Source of the DNA: the human T2T-CHM13v2.0 reference genome, Homo sapiens
NCBI RefSeq assembly: GCF_009914755.1
Contig: NC_060941.1
Direction: 5' to 3' (one strand)
DNA: 64,000 bases
Position numbers and translations under genes: made by a program. Under the pieces are notes generated by a model. That model searched no databases. It saw only the letters and a list, made by a program, of their open reading frames with translations, and had not been told where the DNA came from. Shown here one piece after another: positions 1 through 13,893 of this stretch; position 1 is the stretch's first letter, and every line of letters starts with the position of its first letter.

Positions 1-889
1 AATCACATTTTCATTAGAAAACTATATTTTCTAGTAAAAAAGTATGAAAAGAGAGGCACTGATTTATGTTTTTTTTTTTTGCAAATATCTTTAATGTCTA
101 ACTTAATTGAAAATCTGTATTCTTATACCAGCTTCTGTAGTCAATCTGTTGTGAAACATTTTGGTAGAAATATATGAAGAAAATTACTCTGATATAGTAT
201 TGGAAAGGAAAGAATAATTTTAATAGCCCTTTGAGAAAGCTGTGATATTTTTTGATACCACACCAATACTGAACAAGGAGAAAATTCTTAAAGATTATTT
301 GCAATGTAAAGTCTGAAACTCTATTTATGAATGTTTTCTCTGGTATATTAGAATCCTGTAGCCTATCCTGCACTTGGAATATGTCTTTTACTCTTGCATA
401 ATTGAATAACATCATGCGTTGATCATTTGAAAAATATTGTTTCACTGAGTTATGCAGATCTTTCAATATTAACATATTTCATTTCATAATATAAAACATT
501 CTATTTGCTATTGTCATCAAATCAACAAGCATTCTAACTATCATGAAGCTTCAAGCTCACAGTAACTAATATAAAGTTTTCAAAACTCCAATTTTCTTAT
601 GAAAGCACAGATTTTGTCACTGGAAGCAAATAATGTCAGTTGAATTCCTTGAACTGACAAGCTCACTTTGTAAGAAAATTTCTGCCAAATACCCATCTGA
701 ATAACCATAGTTACCATAGGATTTTTTTTTTCAGTTTAAAAAAAAAAAAGTGTTCTCTGAAGAAAGGAGCTTGTTCAGCTTTCCACTCAAACAACTGCAT
801 AACAATACAACCGCCATACTTCAGTAGGTAGCATACTAGCTTATGAATGTATCCCATTCCATTCCAATAATTTAAAATGTGTATACTGA
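1..889 (-). mobile_element. Charlie1-type hAT DNA transposon fossil (transposase C-terminal region)
   Basis: ORF 98..475(-) reads DLHNSVKQYFSNDQRMM..VKDIFQVQDR..VSDFTLQIIFK..YWCGIKK. This is a degenerate match to the Charlie/Buster hAT transposase dimerisation region. The DNA matches the recalled Charlie1 consensus (ttcactgagttatgcagatctt; ctgccaaataccca..ctgaataaccatag). Confidence 0.85.
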
Positions 890-1212
<323 letters not shown>

Positions 1213-2388
1213 TCATGACCATCACTCAGATTCACTGCAGATGACATCAGGGGACTCAGTAGAGAAGAAAGACATGAGCCCATTGCTGAAATGGTGGAGA
1301 GAGATGAGCATGTGTCCTGGAGCATGGCTCTTTATAATAATCAAGTAAATGGTTAAAGGATCTTTTAGTGGACACTATGTATTTAACAAGAGGAAAGATG
1401 ATTGGGTTAGGAAAGTTGAGCAGTTATTTAGAAATGAGCACACGAGCTGGGGAGACCTCTCCAGAGAAGGCAGTGGAGAATCAAAGAATAGAGGGTTGTA
1501 CAGGAGATGCTTTTTGGGAATGGCTGTTTCAGGTATCAATTAAAGTGGAAAGGTAGGGTTGTTTTTGTAAAAAAGATCCAAGACAATGGAGGATTTGCCC
1601 ACATTAGAACAGGATGCAAACTACAGGACGGCAGAATGTTACAGAAACGAAAAATGTGTTTCAGAGTGATTGGAGTTAGCATTCTGGACGTATTTCTTAC
1701 AGAGTTGACTAGCACTATTCATTTTCCACCCTCCAACAGTTGCTGAATGATTTTGTTTTAAGAAAAAATAAACAAAAAGTACTTAGCCTCAAGGAAAATA
1801 ACTTAGGGATTTTCTGCATCTTGAAATGCATGCTTGTTTGGAACAAACAGCCGATAAACCAATTCTCTTAATTATACACAAACTGCCTCACAATTATGTA
1901 CTAACCGAATCCTGAGTGGACTTGGTAGACACTTGCTGCTTATGAAAGAAACACTACGCAGAGGCACCGCTCCTCACTTTTCTTAAAGAAAAAAAATGCA
2001 TGACTTTAAAAAAAGAGTTTGAAAATTCTCAGTGATCTTGTTCCCTCATTTATTTTTCCACAAGCTGTGTCTAAATTCAGGCAAAGTTATCAACTTACCA
2101 TTTAATGATATGGTCACTTAAACAAAGCATAACCTTAACAGACCTTCAATTCAAGCTTGCATTACACATAGTTTCCAAAAGCTGTTTTTTTTTATGTCCT
2201 GAATTTACTGATATTGATATTTTGCATGCTTTAGACTCCAATGCAGTATTACAAGATGACCTATGCTGTTATTGGGACACTTTTCACAGGTTATCTTTTC
2301 TAAGATCCATTTGCATCAGATAATTTCAGCCCCAAACTTATAACAGTTTCTCATTTTTTTTAACCTGGGCTTGTAATATCTACCATAA

Positions 2389-2646
<258 letters not shown>

Positions 2647-2919
2647 TGATGAACCTTTTTTATTTAATCCTCACTAGCATCCTCAGCTTAGTTTCTTCAC
2701 TGCCCTGTGAACTCTCACTGCGTCTCTGTATTCACACTTTTCTTCACTCTTGATAACGTCTTGACTTTAATTCTCTCCCTCATCAAATTTTCATTTTCTC
2801 CTCTTCTCCTTGACATATTTCACCCAAAAATTTTCATAATAGTTTTATTGATTCTTCATGGTCTAACTATGTCACTCAATTGCATTCATTTTTATATCAT
2901 ATATTTTAAAATTTGCCTA

Positions 2920-3214
<295 letters not shown>

Positions 3215-3329
3215 AAAACTTGCCTCCTAAACTACGCAACAACCAGGCTACCTAATGGAGTCTCTGTCTATCTCTTGTTGCATTTCTTCTCTCTGGTCAC
3301 CAACCCTGTGAGAGATTGGGTTTCTATCA

Positions 3330-3755
3330 GTTGTAGTGTACTAAGTCTTCCATTCCCCAGACACAGCTTCCTGCATTCAGGTGAACCCGTGACCAAGACC
3401 AGGCCAGTCAGATTCTGCCTTCTAGAAATGTTGAATTGTTACTGAGATAGGCTAGTTGGTCTGTGATGGTTGCTGGCATGCACAAGAAGCAAACAAGGAA
3501 GCTGCAAGGGTAGCCATGTTTAGCCATGTGAGTTCTGAAACAGGGGAAGCTGATTTTCAGAAGAAAAGAAAATGAGGCAAAGATGAGCAGGAATTAGAGA
3601 CTGGCATTGCCAAGATGTGGGTGTTTTTTTTCCGTTTTTGTGTTAGGCCTTTTTGAACTAAACTGCTTTTCCTCCCCTTGTGTTTCATGCAGCACAGAAG
3701 TGTTTGTACTTTTGAAACCAGCTTTTGTGACTTGTCAACAATAATGTCTTAGAAT
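3330..3755 (+). mobile_element. old MaLR LTR (MLT1-like)
   Basis: gtgaccaagaccaggccagtcagattc and a 3' end gcttttgtgacttgtcaacaataatgtc resemble diverged MLT1 LTRs. Confidence 0.45.
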
Positions 3756-3914
3756 AAAAGAGATTGTGTCCTTTAGGGTATACATAACTTTTGTCCTAGT
3801 AGTTTTTTGTTTATTGTTGCTATTTTTCATCATGTAAACTAGATGCCCCTTAAAGATACTTACAGTCTGGAAAGGAAAAAAGTGGTCCTTTTTGTTATGA
3901 AGATATTATTCTGA

Positions 3915-4032
3915 ATATGGAAAGTACAAAAGCGTTGGAGTCAGACAAACCGCAACTGGAATTTCCAATTCACTTCTTACTAGCTGTGAGTTCTTAGGGA
4001 GGTCACTTATTCCTTTGAGCCATCAATTCCTC
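3915..4032 (+). mobile_element. MIR fragment
   Basis: MIR core: ttggagtcagacaaac...cttactagctgtgagttcttagggaggtcactta. Confidence 0.7.
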
Positions 4033-4629
4033 TACCTTATTTATGCTGTATCCTCAATTTTTAGTACATTTTCCATCAAATAGCCTAGTAGGCAATCAAA
4101 GATAAAGACATTTGATTTGCCAGAGGCATTTTGGGCACAGATAAGCACACTTTAACTTTCTTGCATATTTTTCCAATTTGGTAAAAATATTAACAATAAT
4201 CGGAGGGAGTACCACAGGCTTCTGTGAATGAGAGCTTAGCAAATGACCATGAAATGGATAAATGGTATGAAAACCCACAAATAGAATAGAAGTGAATGTA
4301 AACTGTGAATTGGCGCTTCTTTTGTCAGGACATCTTCTTGTTAGAAAAAAATTACCAATATATTTGAGTGTAGTGTCCTACTTGGGAAATGATATCTTGA
4401 ATGACCATAAGTCTTGCAAGGTGATTTTTAACACATTTCTCATTTGCAGTTTTTTAAATATTTGTAAGTTAACCTTAGCAACCAAGTTCCATTTGATAAG
4501 AATCCATACATAAACACTGACTTTCTTTTATTTTCTATGAAATTCATTCTCATAGAATGGTGATATGTTTTCTCTGAAAGCATTTTCCTCTGCTTGTAGT
4601 GGCATGCTCATTAGTGTGATTATGTTATT

Positions 4630-4785
4630 AATGTCCCCTCCAGGCTCTTTCCCTAGACGGTAAGCTCTGTGAAAGCAGCAAGTATTCCAGTGCATATTCA
4701 GCATTTTAATGTTAGTCCTTTCAAGAGTACCTGAAACATAATAAGCATTCAAGATATAATAGTTGTTGAATGAATAAATGAATAA
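4630..4785 (+). mobile_element. L2 3' end
   Basis: Typical L2 terminus: ctagacggtaagctctgtgaaagcag ... gttgttgaatgaataaatgaat. Confidence 0.7.
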
Positions 4786-5699
4786 ATTATGTTGAATTTA
4801 GGGGGTGACATTATATATTTTGGCCCCCTTGAAAATGCATGAAGTTCAGAGATATGTACATAATATATTCAGATTTGTCAAACTGCTCATGCCTACCTAG
4901 AACAAAGTCCTTGCTTCTTAAAGGTGGCTACGAATGATTAAAATTTCCGTTCTGGGAAAAATTATTAGCTTTGTTTCATACATCTGTTAAACAAACCTGT
5001 ATAAAATGGTGCATGCATTTCAACTTATAAAATCTTCCTTAAAGCCATATTTTAGTATGTGCTAGGTGGTATTAACTTCTTGCAAGTTTTACCTCATATA
5101 CGCCTAAATTCATGGCTAAAAGGAATATATAGACAGCATCTGTCTCACATATTTATTATCATTTTAATATCAAGAGAGGATACTGAGTGATGATATATTA
5201 CATTACAGTTTCAATGAATTAAAATACTTTAAACCTGTAGTGAGAAAAGAATGACAAAAAAAAGTGTCTAGGAAGAGATGGAAACAGTAATAAATTAGCG
5301 TAAACAAAGATATAGAAAAATGTAGTTGAGGCCAAAAATATGGATGGGAGTTAAGCCATTATTTTCAATGGTCTACAGCCAAAAGCCTATATAAAACAGA
5401 CTCCCAGATTGGCAGATTTATGGGAGAGTCATCAAAACTAGTGATCATAAACTTCTTAGAATAAAAAAAAAATCTAAACACCGTTTACTTTGATTAGATT
5501 CAGGATTGAGCTGAGCTAAATCTCAGAGGGGAAGAAGAATTTTGAAGTCCAGAAAACATCTCCATATTATTCACAAACTGTACCAGCCTTTCTGGGAAAG
5601 ACAACTAATGAGACAAATCATTTTATCACCCACTTCCTTAAAATGCCAGTAACTGAGAGTCGAGAGGTATGAAGTATGAATTTCCGACCAGGCTCATTG

Positions 5700-6460
5700 T
5701 TTCAGTTCTGTCTGCATTATCACCACCTTGGACTGGACTACCTTGATCTCTTGCTGAAATGACTGTGCTAGCTTTCAACAAATTCCCTGCTTCTGCTCAG
5801 AAGCTCTGTTCTCAACACAGCAGTTGGAGGGATGCTTTTAAACCACACTCAAATCATGTACTTCCTCTTCTGAAATCTTGTGACTGTTTCCTACTTTACT
5901 CACAGTAAAACCAGAGTCCTCTCAATAGACTGAGTGCTCTATGATCTCATCCTCTATGCATTCTTTGATTCCTTCCCTTTCATCTTCTTTTTCTCCCATA
6001 GCTCCAGACATGTTGACCTCAAAGCTTTGCCTCAAACATCTGAAGCATGTTTTCAACTTACATCCTAATACTGGCTGTTTTCTCCACCTGGAACTCTCTA
6101 CTCCTAGATATCTTCATTGCTACCCCTTTGACCTTCTTGAATTTGTTTTGCTCAAATGTCACCTTTTCAAAGAGACAACTGCTGTTAACTGCTGCTAAAA
6201 TTCAACTTTCCTCTTGACTGTCCCCCAGGAATTCTATATTATCCCGCTTTCTCTGCTCATCTCTACTTATCACCCTCTAACATGCTAAATAATTTACTTG
6301 TTGCATAATATATGTTTTGTAATTGCCTTTCAGCCCCCATCAGAATCTAAGTTCGTCGATTACAGGGAATAAATACATTTGTTCACTGATATATTCCAAG
6401 TACTTGAAACAATGTTTGACACAGGATATGGCCCATAAATATTTGATAAATGCTTGAGTT
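5700..6460 (+). mobile_element. L2 (L2a-like) 3' region
   Basis: ctcaacacagcagttggagggatgctttta, ctcaaatgtcaccttttc, gttcactgatatattccaagtacttgaaacaatg..aaatatttgataaatg. Confidence 0.75.
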
Positions 6461-7699
6461 GCCTCATTGAATCCTCATAAGAGTTCTGCAGAAATTTCTA
6501 ATATTATCGTATTATTTATGGTAAAGGCACTGTGGTTAGATTTATCGACTTTTCATTGATTTTTAAAATTAATGTTGTATAAATTTCACATATATTATTC
6601 CAAATTGTGTATAGAATGCAGCTGTTATAAGAACTAGATTACAGCTTTAAAAACTTTTAAAAGCGGGGTAGCTTTTTAAAACAATTTTTTGCATAAATTT
6701 GATATCCCTGAAGCTAACAGGAAGCATTTTTATTAAAATTTTTGCTTTGAAACTCATAATACTGTGATACAAAATTCCTTTTTGAAAATGTTATAATCAA
6801 TCTTCCATTTCTATTTACATCTGAGAATTCCAATTCATCACTTCCACTGAAGACTGCAGTCATTTGCTCCTAATTGGGCATCTTGTGCACTCTATCTCAA
6901 TTGCATGGCAAAGCTGCTTGAAGCTCCTCATTACAGAGGCAGAAGGCTGGCAATAAACATCTTCTGCAGCCTCCATTTCTGCCAGCTTTGCTCCTCTTCT
7001 AGCTAATGGTATTCTAGGCTCCTAATTGTCTCACATCAAAAATCCCAAAGTACTTAAGTGTCCTCACTAGAAAAACAAAAGCAGGCACAATGTCAAACTT
7101 GAAGCCCCAGCACATCTTTAAAAGTGAGGAGAGCTGCCTGGCTCTGCAGCCAGGCCCAGGGAGATGAAGAGGAAACAGCTTAGCAATTTGCATCACACTC
7201 CTGGGAGGCTATTGGTGCCATCTGAGCAGAGGACCTGATTTTTCCCCTTCATTTCCTTTCCTCCCCTTCCTCCATTCTCTATTGTATGTGAAGGTTTTGT
7301 GGCTTGATGAAAGATCAGAAAAGGTCAGGGAATTCTCATAAGGTGCCGCCACATATGGGAATCTTCACATATATACATATCGTTTAAATGTATTTCCAAA
7401 TCAACAAACTTTTCAGAAATGATGCATGCAGCTTCTCCTAGCAAGAACAATTCTTGTGAGATCTGAGTGTCACTACGGTGGTTTAGAATAAGTTCTAGTC
7501 CAGACAATTATTTTTATTTATTGATCATAGCAGTAAAGAGCCCAGGTTCTTACCCCGGGCTCCAATCAATCCTGTTTTTGTTTCGTTTTGTTTCAATTTA
7601 AATAAGTTAATGTGGAGCTGATAACTTACATGTATCAGTGGCTGGAACATGTAAAATACCCAGTAAACATGAGCTGTTACTAGCATTAATATTATTATC

Positions 7700-7860
7700 A
7701 CTATCGAACACTAATTATATGCTAGGAATTATGATAAATCTTACTTAACCCTTTAATCGAACCCATTATGTAGATATTATTTCTTATCAATTTCATAGTT
7801 GAGAGAATTGAGGCTTAACTTATTAGGTAGTTTGCCCATGGTCACTCTGCATAAGGATGC
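7700..7860 (-). mobile_element. MIR fragment
   Basis: tagatattatt..tttcatagttgagagaattgaggctt..tttgcccatggtcac. Confidence 0.6.
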
Positions 7861-8069
7861 TGGTCACATTGCTATAGTGTCATGTTTCTATTATACAAAC
7901 CACTGGCAAGATTTGGTCCATAAATGCATTTTGTTTGGTTCACAAGTAAAAATATCTGCATTTTTAATACTTTGAATTAGATGATGCATTTTTCAGTTAG
8001 ATGTCATCATGTTCACCGCCTATTACGTACCAGGTGTCTTTAGTCATTTTTGTTTACTTAGCTTGCCTC

Positions 8070-8185
8070 TATTTTAAGCAAATATCTATTGAGGGCCTAT
8101 GTGCCAGACACTGTCGCGAACGTGGGACTTATAGTTCTGAACACAATAGAAAAAGTACTTACTCTCAGGGAGTTTGCAACTTCTG
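8070..8185 (-). mobile_element. L2 3' end
   Basis: caaatatctattgagggcctatgtgccagacactgt...ctctcagggagtttgca. Confidence 0.65.
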
Positions 8186-8862
8186 CTGCAGAGCATTCAG
8201 CATGTCACAGTGGAGATATATGATAGCAAGTATTTCACAAGTAAAGGCAATACTAAATATGTTACCTTTGCAATATAAAATTAAAACTGGACTTATCTTT
8301 GAGAGGATAACTGAAAGTACAATGACTGCCTACGGTGTACACTTAAACTGAAGGTACAGTTGACTGCTTAAGGGCTACAATTGGGAAGCATCAGAAACAA
8401 TTTTTGCCCTTAAATAGCTTATTGACTTACTTATACTACACCTCAAAAACTCATTTCTTCTGGTAGATGCAATGTCTTTGGTAATGCATGCTAAAATATG
8501 CATTTCTAAATAAAGTTAATATTGATGTAGTAAGCATCTTGTACATAGTTATTATATATGGATAAGTACACAGATAGTGAATTTAAAGAATTAATCATGG
8601 CACAATTATCATATGTCAATCAGATTAGCAAAACAAGTACATTTTGGCAGAGAATAAAATGGGAAGATTTTTGGAAGGCAGAGCAGCTGGGAACACTTGA
8701 TGGAATAATCAACTTGGACCCCATCCCCAGCTGAAGAAGTGAGAACTCTAGCAGGCATGTTTCATGTTAATTGTTTCTATTCTCCCTTTTATATGAATAA
8801 CACTGGTGGTGACTCAAGCTTTAGGTTTTAAGTAGGATTGTGTCCAAATTAACATCACCCAT

Positions 8863-9807
8863 TGTATTAGTCAGGGTTTTGGAGAAAACCAGAACCAATA
8901 GGAGATAAAGATAGATATACAGGACAAAGACATAGATAAAAATGATATAGATATAGATGATACAGACTCAGACATAAGAGGAAATTTTTTATAGGAATTG
9001 GCTCATGTGGTTATGGAACTTGACAAATCGCATGATTTGCTGTACAAAAGTTGGAGATCCAAGAAAGCTGGTGGTGTAAATGCAGTCTGAGTACTACGGC
9101 CTGATAATTGGGGTCCAATGTTGTAAATCCCAGTCAGAGTCAGAAGGCCTGATCCATGTTTGAAGGCCTGAGAACCAGGAGCTCTGACATCCAAAGGCTG
9201 AATAAGATGGATGTCTCAGCTCAAACAGAGAGGGTAAATTAGCCCTTTGTATTAGTCTAATAAAGACGTACCCGAGACTGGGTACTTTATGAAAGAAAGA
9301 GGTTTAATTGACTCACAGGTCAGCAGGTCTGGGGAAGCCTCAGGAAATTACAATCATGGCAGAAGGTGAAGATATCACATCCTTCTTCTTACGGTGGCAG
9401 CAAGGAGCAGGGCAGAGTGAAGGTGGGGGGGTGGGGGTGGTAGGGAAGCCCCTTATAAAGCCATCTGATCTCGTGAGAACTCACTCACTATTATGAGAAC
9501 AGGATGGGGAAACTGCCTCCATGATTCAATTATCTCCACCTGTTCCCTCCTAGGATACGTGGGGATTATGGAAACTACAATTCAAAATGAGATTTGGGTG
9601 GGGATACAGCCAAACCATATCAACCTTCCTCCACCTTTGCTTTCTATTTAGGCCCTCAAAGAATTGGATGGTGCCCACTCACATTGCTGAGGGATATCTG
9701 CTTTACTCAGTTGGCCAATTCAAATGCTAGTCTTTTCGGGAAACACCTTCACATACACACCCAGGAATAATGTTTACCGGCTATCTGGCCATCCCTTAAC
9801 CATCACA
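8863..9807 (-). mobile_element. MLT2 (ERVL) solo LTR, interrupted by a THE1 LTR
   Basis: Begins tgtattagtcagggtt..agaaccaatagga, contains ggaattggctcatgtggttatgga, and ends cccaggaataatgttt..ttaaccatcaca. Confidence 0.85.
9248..9622 (-). mobile_element. THE1C/D (MaLR) solo LTR nested in MLT2
   Basis: tgtattagtc..cccgagactggg..gagatttgggtggggatacagccaaaccatatca. 5-bp TSD ccctt/acctt. Confidence 0.9.
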
Positions 9808-9929
9808 CAGATGATAATTGTTGAATGGATTTTGTGGGCTCTCCTTGTTGGGCCATGAATCATTGGGAAAACAACAAGGCTGGATGCTGAGGAGTGAATC
9901 AGGTAATGGACTGGATAGTTTCCTATAGC

Positions 9930-10375
9930 ACCTCCAGATCTACTCTTCCCCATTGCTCGCTTTGTTTGTGCCTGAGGGGACGACTTTTGCAGCTTTCATC
10001 ATGAAGTCCCTTTTGCCCTCTGACTTCCAGTTGGATTCAGGCCATGGGAGAATCAGCTGGTGCCCAGAGGGTGAGAGGAAAGTAAACTCAGCTCTTAATT
10101 TTCTTGGTTGTGTCACTGCCAAGCTGTGGTTTATCAGTGATTGGTTTTCTCTTGCAAAGGTCATAGCTCTTCTCAGTCCTATCCCACAGTTTTCTCTGAC
10201 TTTGCATAACCATTTCCTCATCACACTCCTTTCAACCTATGCTGGTAACAGCTTTCCACTGTGGTCAGCTCCAGTGCTTCACCTCCCTGTGAGTTTAACT
10301 GTGCTGTATATATTTTTAAATGTTCCGTTTAAAAAAATTCTCCGCAATTTACTCATTTATTTTTTGCCTTGACCC
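9930..10375 (+). mobile_element. LTR33-like (ERVL) LTR
   Basis: cccttttgccctctgacttccagttggattcaggccatgggag..cagagggtgagaggaa matches the recalled LTR33 sequence. Confidence 0.6.
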
Positions 10376-10495
10376 TGACTGACTATTCCCTATTATGAAT
10401 AGAAAATATTAGCTATTCTTGATATTGTCTATGCCTGGTAATAGCCAATGGAGCAAATTCACTTTGCCCTTTAAGTATATTATTTACCTGCATAG

Positions 10496-10721
10496 TTTTT
10501 TTGTTTTGTTCTGTTGTGAGACCCAGTCTCACTCACTCTGTCATCCATGATGGAGTGCAGTGATTTGACCTTGGCTCACTGCAACCTCCGCCTCCCAGGT
10601 TCAAGGGCTTCTCCTGCCTCAGCCTCCCATGTAGCTGGAATTACAGGGGTATGATTTTTGTACTTTTAGTAGAGACGAGATTTTACCATGTTGGCCAGGC
10701 TGGTCTCAAATTCCTGACCTC
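10496..10721 (-). mobile_element. truncated AluS with internal deletion
   Basis: Right arm plus part of the left arm, ending at ttcctgacctc. The ccaccacgcccggcta segment is missing. Confidence 0.88.
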
Positions 10722-10738
10722 CATTTCTCTCCACATTT

Positions 10739-11532
10739 TGTAATTACTTGATGGGTTCATCCTGCCCACTGCACAGACAAAACCAATTTACCAAGACTGT
10801 GGTATTACAGTAAAGAAAGAATTTAATTAATGCAAGGCAGCTAATCGGAAGGACTGGAGTTATCATTCAAATCAGGCTCCCTGGGAACTCTGAGGCTAGG
10901 GTTTTTATGGATAATTTGGTGGGCAGAGGTCTAAGGAATGGGTAATCTTGACTGGTTGGGGATGAAGTCACAGAAAGGAGAAAATAGTCCTCGTGTGCTG
11001 AGTCCACCTCTGGGTGGGAACCACAGGACCAGTTGAGTCATGAGTTAGAGGTCCAGGTGGGGTCAGTTGCCAGAATGCAAAAGTCTAAAAAAATCTCAAA
11101 AGACCAATTTTAGGTTCTACAATAGTGATGTTATCTATAGGAGCAATTGGGGAAGTCACAAGTCTTGTGACTTCTGGCCATATGGCTCCTGAGCAAGAAA
11201 GGATTGTAGAAAGGCAAACTAGGGGATGATGGCACATTTAGCTATACCTACATCATAACAGAATTTGGGCTCCTCTCATAATACTAATCTCCTGGCTTCT
11301 CATTAGTTTTACAAATGCAGTTTCAATCCAGAAAGAAGGAGGGGATCAGTTTTAGGGAGGGACTATGATCATGCTTGCTTTAAAGTTAAACTATAAACTA
11401 AATTCCTCCCATGGTTAGCCTGGTTTAGGTCCAGGAATGAGAGAGGACAGCGAGCCTGTGAGGCTAGAAGCAAGATGGAGTCAGCCATGCCAGACCTCTC
11501 TCCCTGTCATCATCTTCGGGAAGGCGGTTTCA
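10739..11532 (-). mobile_element. LTR8A-like (ERV1) solo LTR
   Basis: TG...CA termini, gatgggttcatcctgcccactgc, and gaggctagaagcaagatggagtcagccatg..aaggcggtttca. Confidence 0.85.
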
Positions 11533-12919
11533 ACCTTTGTTTATGTATTTCCTCATTTCACTCTCTCAACAGCTAATGAAAATTGCTCAATTAGTCTTTC
11601 CATTTTCCAATTGAATAAACAGAGGCAAGTTAAAATAATCTGCCCAAAGTTAACCAAATAGGAGCAAAAAGTTGAACCTAAGAAGTTTTATGTCAAGACC
11701 AATGAACGTCTAGATTACAAAATTAAATAAATTTAAAAAAAAAAAAGAAGATTTTTTTTGGCTAAATCTACTACATTATGGTTTTTAGAAGTCTTCATGC
11801 TGGGGAAGGAAATAACTCTAAAAACAAACCAGAGAAAATTTAAGAACCAGGGCCAGCAAATGGCTATCTGAAAGAACTAGAAAGAAACAGGATTCTACAT
11901 TTATAAGATAAATGAAAAGAGGGTCCACCACCCTGTATACATAGGAAGATGTATTCATGCATTTGCATGAATAAGCTAAAAGGTCATCAAGGGCCAAAAA
12001 CTTCTGGAACAAAGGCATCTCTGAATTGAAACATTATTGCTTACAAAGTATCCACTTTCCAAAAAGAAGGATTCAAATTATCCCCAGCTTAAAATTTTAT
12101 TTGAGTGGCATCTTCAGTTTTTCTCTCTTTGAAAATATCCTCCTTAACATCGCCTAAATGTTTTCTTCTCTCTGCCTGATGGAACTAAAAGAAAATTGAG
12201 AAGGAAATATAAATGTTTCCAGATTTAATTCAAATTTAAGTCATCATTTATTTCTTCTATTTTTAGTCACAAATTATAATAGAAAATACATTTTACTCAA
12301 TTCCTCATAAAAAAAATGGAAGTATTCTGATGAAGTATCAGGACTCTTGAAATAAGGTATCATAATATCAGAATGTCCAAAGAAATGAAACTTTCTATTT
12401 AATAGGAATTAAGAAGGAACAATTCTGCTTTCTTTATGTATAAATACTCTAAATTATTTACAAATTAACTTACCTTCATAATTTTGAGTATAATAAGCAT
12501 AAACAAATCTGTTTTTTATTTTTGAAAAAACCAGTTAGTGCTTTTGGAAAACTTCAGTTTGTATTCTCATTGTTATAGGCAAAAGCACAGATATTAATAC
12601 CTTAAAGACAGAAGTAAACCCTTAAATCACCTGCTGAGTATCACTGGAGATTTTTTTATTTGTTTTCTTATGCGTATATTAAATGACTAAGCATAATATT
12701 TTATTATTAAAATGTACATTATACATTCATTGTATCAGTTAATAAATAGAGTAAAAGTAAATCATAAATTTATTCTGTGGTTTAGTATTTATTATTTTAA
12801 TTTGCATGTTACCTTGTATGGAATGATAAATACTATAGAATCTATCATTTTTCTCTTTTGTAAAGGCTTCCAGTTAAGTTAGCATATTAGAATTTTCTCT
12901 GTAGTTTCTGACACAATTC

Positions 12920-13420
12920 TCTGTCAGCATGGTTTAGCAATCATTAGCTGCAATTAACATAAAATAACTTGAGTCAGCTTGAGTAAAAATAGATAAATGG
13001 GTTGATCAAATAACACAGTGGTAGAGTTAGCAGTGTTGGGCCTCAGCAAAGGACATAATACTAGAAATATCTCAAGACTCTGTGTCTTCAATCTGTTCTT
13101 TCTCGGAGTCGGCTTCTCTCTCTCTCATTCTAACTCTTTCTCTGTCTTTCTCCCCCAAACCAGGTTTGCTTTTTCTCCTCTTGCTCCTTCCTTATTATAA
13201 TTCCAGCTCTCTTTCCTAATGCTATCTCCTAGTTGCAATTCCAAATTCCATGCAAAGAGAAATGGACTGGCCCAGCTAGGGTAAGAGGTTGCAAATGGTC
13301 CAATCAATTACAGCCAGGTCACATAGGCCAGCATCATCAATGAAGGGTCACTTCGTAGGAAAAAGGGACATTTACAGAGAAAAGAAACTTTAGAGTAACC
13401 CAGGAAGACAAGCATCTTTA
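12920..13420 (-). mobile_element. old MaLR LTR (MLT1K/L-like)
   Basis: ttagctgcaattaacataaaataacttgagtcagctt ... gactggcccagctagggt..ggtccaatcaattacagccagg. Confidence 0.45.
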
Positions 13421-13893
13421 TGCCCTCCCATTCGTTCATGGTTTCTGAACTCAACCAACTGTTTATTTAAATAGTGTCCTGCTTTAAATATGTTTTACTG
13501 CCTGTCATTTAAAGTTGTTTTTGAAAATACATGGGCTATAAACTTATTAAAGGCGAAGGTCAGATGGGATCATCTCAGATTTGAAGCTAGAAAACTTGAG
13601 AACAAGACCTAAAATGGAAGACAGTGAGACAGGCGAACACAATTTTACTGTTGCTGACTTAATGGTCTCTCCTTAAACTCATTATCTTCTTCACTCTCCC
13701 TGTCCCTGCTCACCCAGCCATGAATATTAAAATTATATTTCATTATAAAATTCTATATTTTATGCTAAAGAATATTCCAATAATTTCTAAAAGTAGAAGT
13801 GAAAAAAAAAGCTATCCATAGCTTTCCATCAAAACAAGCAACAAAGCTGTCATATCTTCCATCTAGTGGAACATCTAATGGCAGTCAAGTTAG

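Noticed and set aside
98-475. 125-aa ORF as a functional domesticated transposase (ZBED/Buster-like)
   Set aside because: It is a short decayed Charlie1 fragment that shifts out of the transposase frame and is truncated by an Alu.
9940-10372. 139-aa and 94-aa overlapping ORFs
   Set aside because: They lie in an LTR33-like repeat, and I see no recognisable domain or splice context.
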